A stretch of 24,000 nucleotides of DNA, from the NCBI GenBank assembly GCA_040905565.1, contig JBBDRF010000063.1:27294-51293 (forward strand), in the 5' to 3' direction. Positions 23,146-24,000 of the stretch are shown here, one piece after another. This DNA is from Phycisphaeraceae bacterium. GTDB lineage: Bacteria > Planctomycetota > Phycisphaerae > Phycisphaerales > Zrk34. Made by a program: the position numbers and the translations under genes. A model generated the notes under the pieces. The model was not told the DNA's origin and searched no databases. It saw only the letters and a list, made by a program, of their open reading frames with translations. Every line of letters starts with the position of its first letter. Position 1 is the stretch's first letter.

Positions 23146-24000
23146 ATGGTCACGCTCAGCAAACAAGATCAGCGCGAGATGGATAAGGCGAAAGATCTGC
23201 TCGAAACCGCCAGCGAGACGGGCTTCGTGCGCTCGCTGTTTTTCGGTCGACTCGATATGCAGAAGTTGCTGCCTTATCCGAAGCAGGATGCAGCCGAGGC
23301 AGCGCGCGTTGACGCGCTGCTTGAAGCGGTCGATGCGTTCATGGATGAACACGTGGATCCCGACCGCATTGATGCGGAGGAGCGCATCCCCGACGCCGTC
23401 ATCCGTGGGCTGGGTGAACTCGGTGTGATGGGCCTGACCGTGCCGAGCGAATACGGCGGCGGAGGGTTCAGCCATACCGCTTACTGTCAGGTGCTTGAAC
23501 GCATCAGCAGACGCTGCGCCTCGACGGCGGTGCTGGTCGGCGCGCACCAATCCATCGGGCTGAAGGCGTTGGTGTTGATGGGCAGCGAGGAGCAGAAGCG
23601 CCGCTGGCTGCCGGAGCTGGCGGGCGGTCGCACGCTTGCGGCTTTCTGTTTGAGTGAACCCGAGGTCGGGTCCGATGCAGCCGGCGTGCAGACGCGCGCC
23701 ACGCTCAGCGAAGACGGCTCGCATTGGATCATCAACGGCGAGAAACGCTATGCCACCAATGCCGCGCTGGCGGGGTTCCTCACGGTGATGGCGCGGACGC
23801 AGATTGAGGAAAACGGCGAGAAGAAGGATAAGGTGACCGCGTTCATCGTGACGCCGGACATGCCCGGCTTCGAGATCGTCAGCCCCAACCGCAGCAAGTG
23901 CGGCATCCGGGGGACGTGGCAGGGCACGCTGAAGTTCAACGACATGCGCGTGCCGCGTGAGAACGTGCTCGGCGGCGTGGGCAAGGGGCTCAAACTCGCA
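23146..24000 (+). CDS. Acyl-CoA dehydrogenase (long N-terminal type), 3'-truncated by the window end
   Basis: Not in the ORF track because no stop is reached. My translation from ATG 23146 (GAGG 5 nt upstream) is MVTLSKQDQREMDKAKDLLETASETGFVRSLFFGRLDMQKLLPYP...GLGELGVMGLTVPSEYGGGGFS...LAAFCLSEPEVGSDAAGVQTRA...WIINGEKRYATNA...GIRGTWQGTLKFNDMRVPRENVLG. These are canonical ACAD N-terminal and middle-domain motifs. The frame stays open through nt 24000. Confidence 0.9.
   Translation, partial: MVTLSKQDQREMDKAKDLLETASETGFVRSLFFGRLDMQKLLPYPKQDAAEAARVDALLEAVDAFMDEHVDPDRIDAEERIPDAVIRGLGELGVMGLTVPSEYGGGGFSHTAYCQVLERISRRCASTAVLVGAHQSIGLKALVLMGSEEQKRRWLPELAGGRTLAAFCLSEPEVGSDAAGVQTRATLSEDGSHWIINGEKRYATNAALAGFLTVMARTQIEENGEKKDKVTAFIVTPDMPGFEIVSPNRSKCGIRGTWQGTLKFNDMRVPRENVLGGVGKGLKLA

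Noticed and set aside
21712-23724. 670-aa ORF antisense to the fadJ-like and acyl-CoA dehydrogenase genes
   Set aside because: It spans two clearly coding + strand genes and their intergenic gap. The R/H/P-rich composition marks it as a shadow ORF.
1-24000. Search for defence islands, toxin-antitoxin pairs, prophage or IS elements, CRISPR arrays and long terminal inverted repeats
   Set aside because: I saw no nuclease, helicase, methylase, integrase or transposase signatures, no spaced direct-repeat arrays, and no abrupt compositional island. The MazG-like gene is a solitary housekeeping-type NTP-PPase rather than a mazEF module.

Overview
High-GC bacterial chromosomal window (about two-thirds G+C by eye). 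I call 20 protein-coding genes, 18 on + and 2 on -. I saw no rRNA, tRNA, CRISPR array, transposase/integrase or recognisable defence system. The gene content suggests a PVC/Planctomycetota-like organism, but that is inference only. It rests on a TAT-signal Gfo/Idh/MocA oxidoreductase, an FGE-sulfatase-type lipoprotein, DUF2934, a HEAT-repeat envelope module, and a dcw remnant with no mur or ftsZ genes. Layout: (1) 1-3940: K/A-rich DUF2934 protein, a MazG-like NTP pyrophosphohydrolase (-), and lnt fused in frame to a signal-peptide + HEAT-repeat module. (2) 4067-8277: a membrane-anchored coiled-coil protein, a 57-aa membrane microprotein, a 433-bp ORF-poor spacer, then mreB-mreC-mreD. (3) 8349-11165: an FGE/SUMF1-type lipoprotein and a TAT-exported Gfo/Idh/MocA oxidoreductase. 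(4) 11219-16660: a zinc-ribbon/TM/vWA-like protein (-) divergent from rsmH, then a LysM protein, an ftsL-like gene and ftsI. (5) 16823-24000: an alpha/beta hydrolase followed by a tightly coupled fatty-acid beta-oxidation operon (acyl-CoA synthetase, fadI-like thiolase, fadJ-like multifunctional enzyme, and an acyl-CoA dehydrogenase truncated by the window end). This is mostly core envelope, morphogenesis and lipid metabolism. I found no self-contained novel system. The most unusual items are architectural: the Lnt-HEAT read-through junction, uncharacterised membrane proteins embedded in the mre and dcw neighbourhoods, a possibly leaderless divergent promoter pair, and several small palindromes and hairpins in leaders. 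All promoter, terminator and structure calls are by-eye and low confidence.
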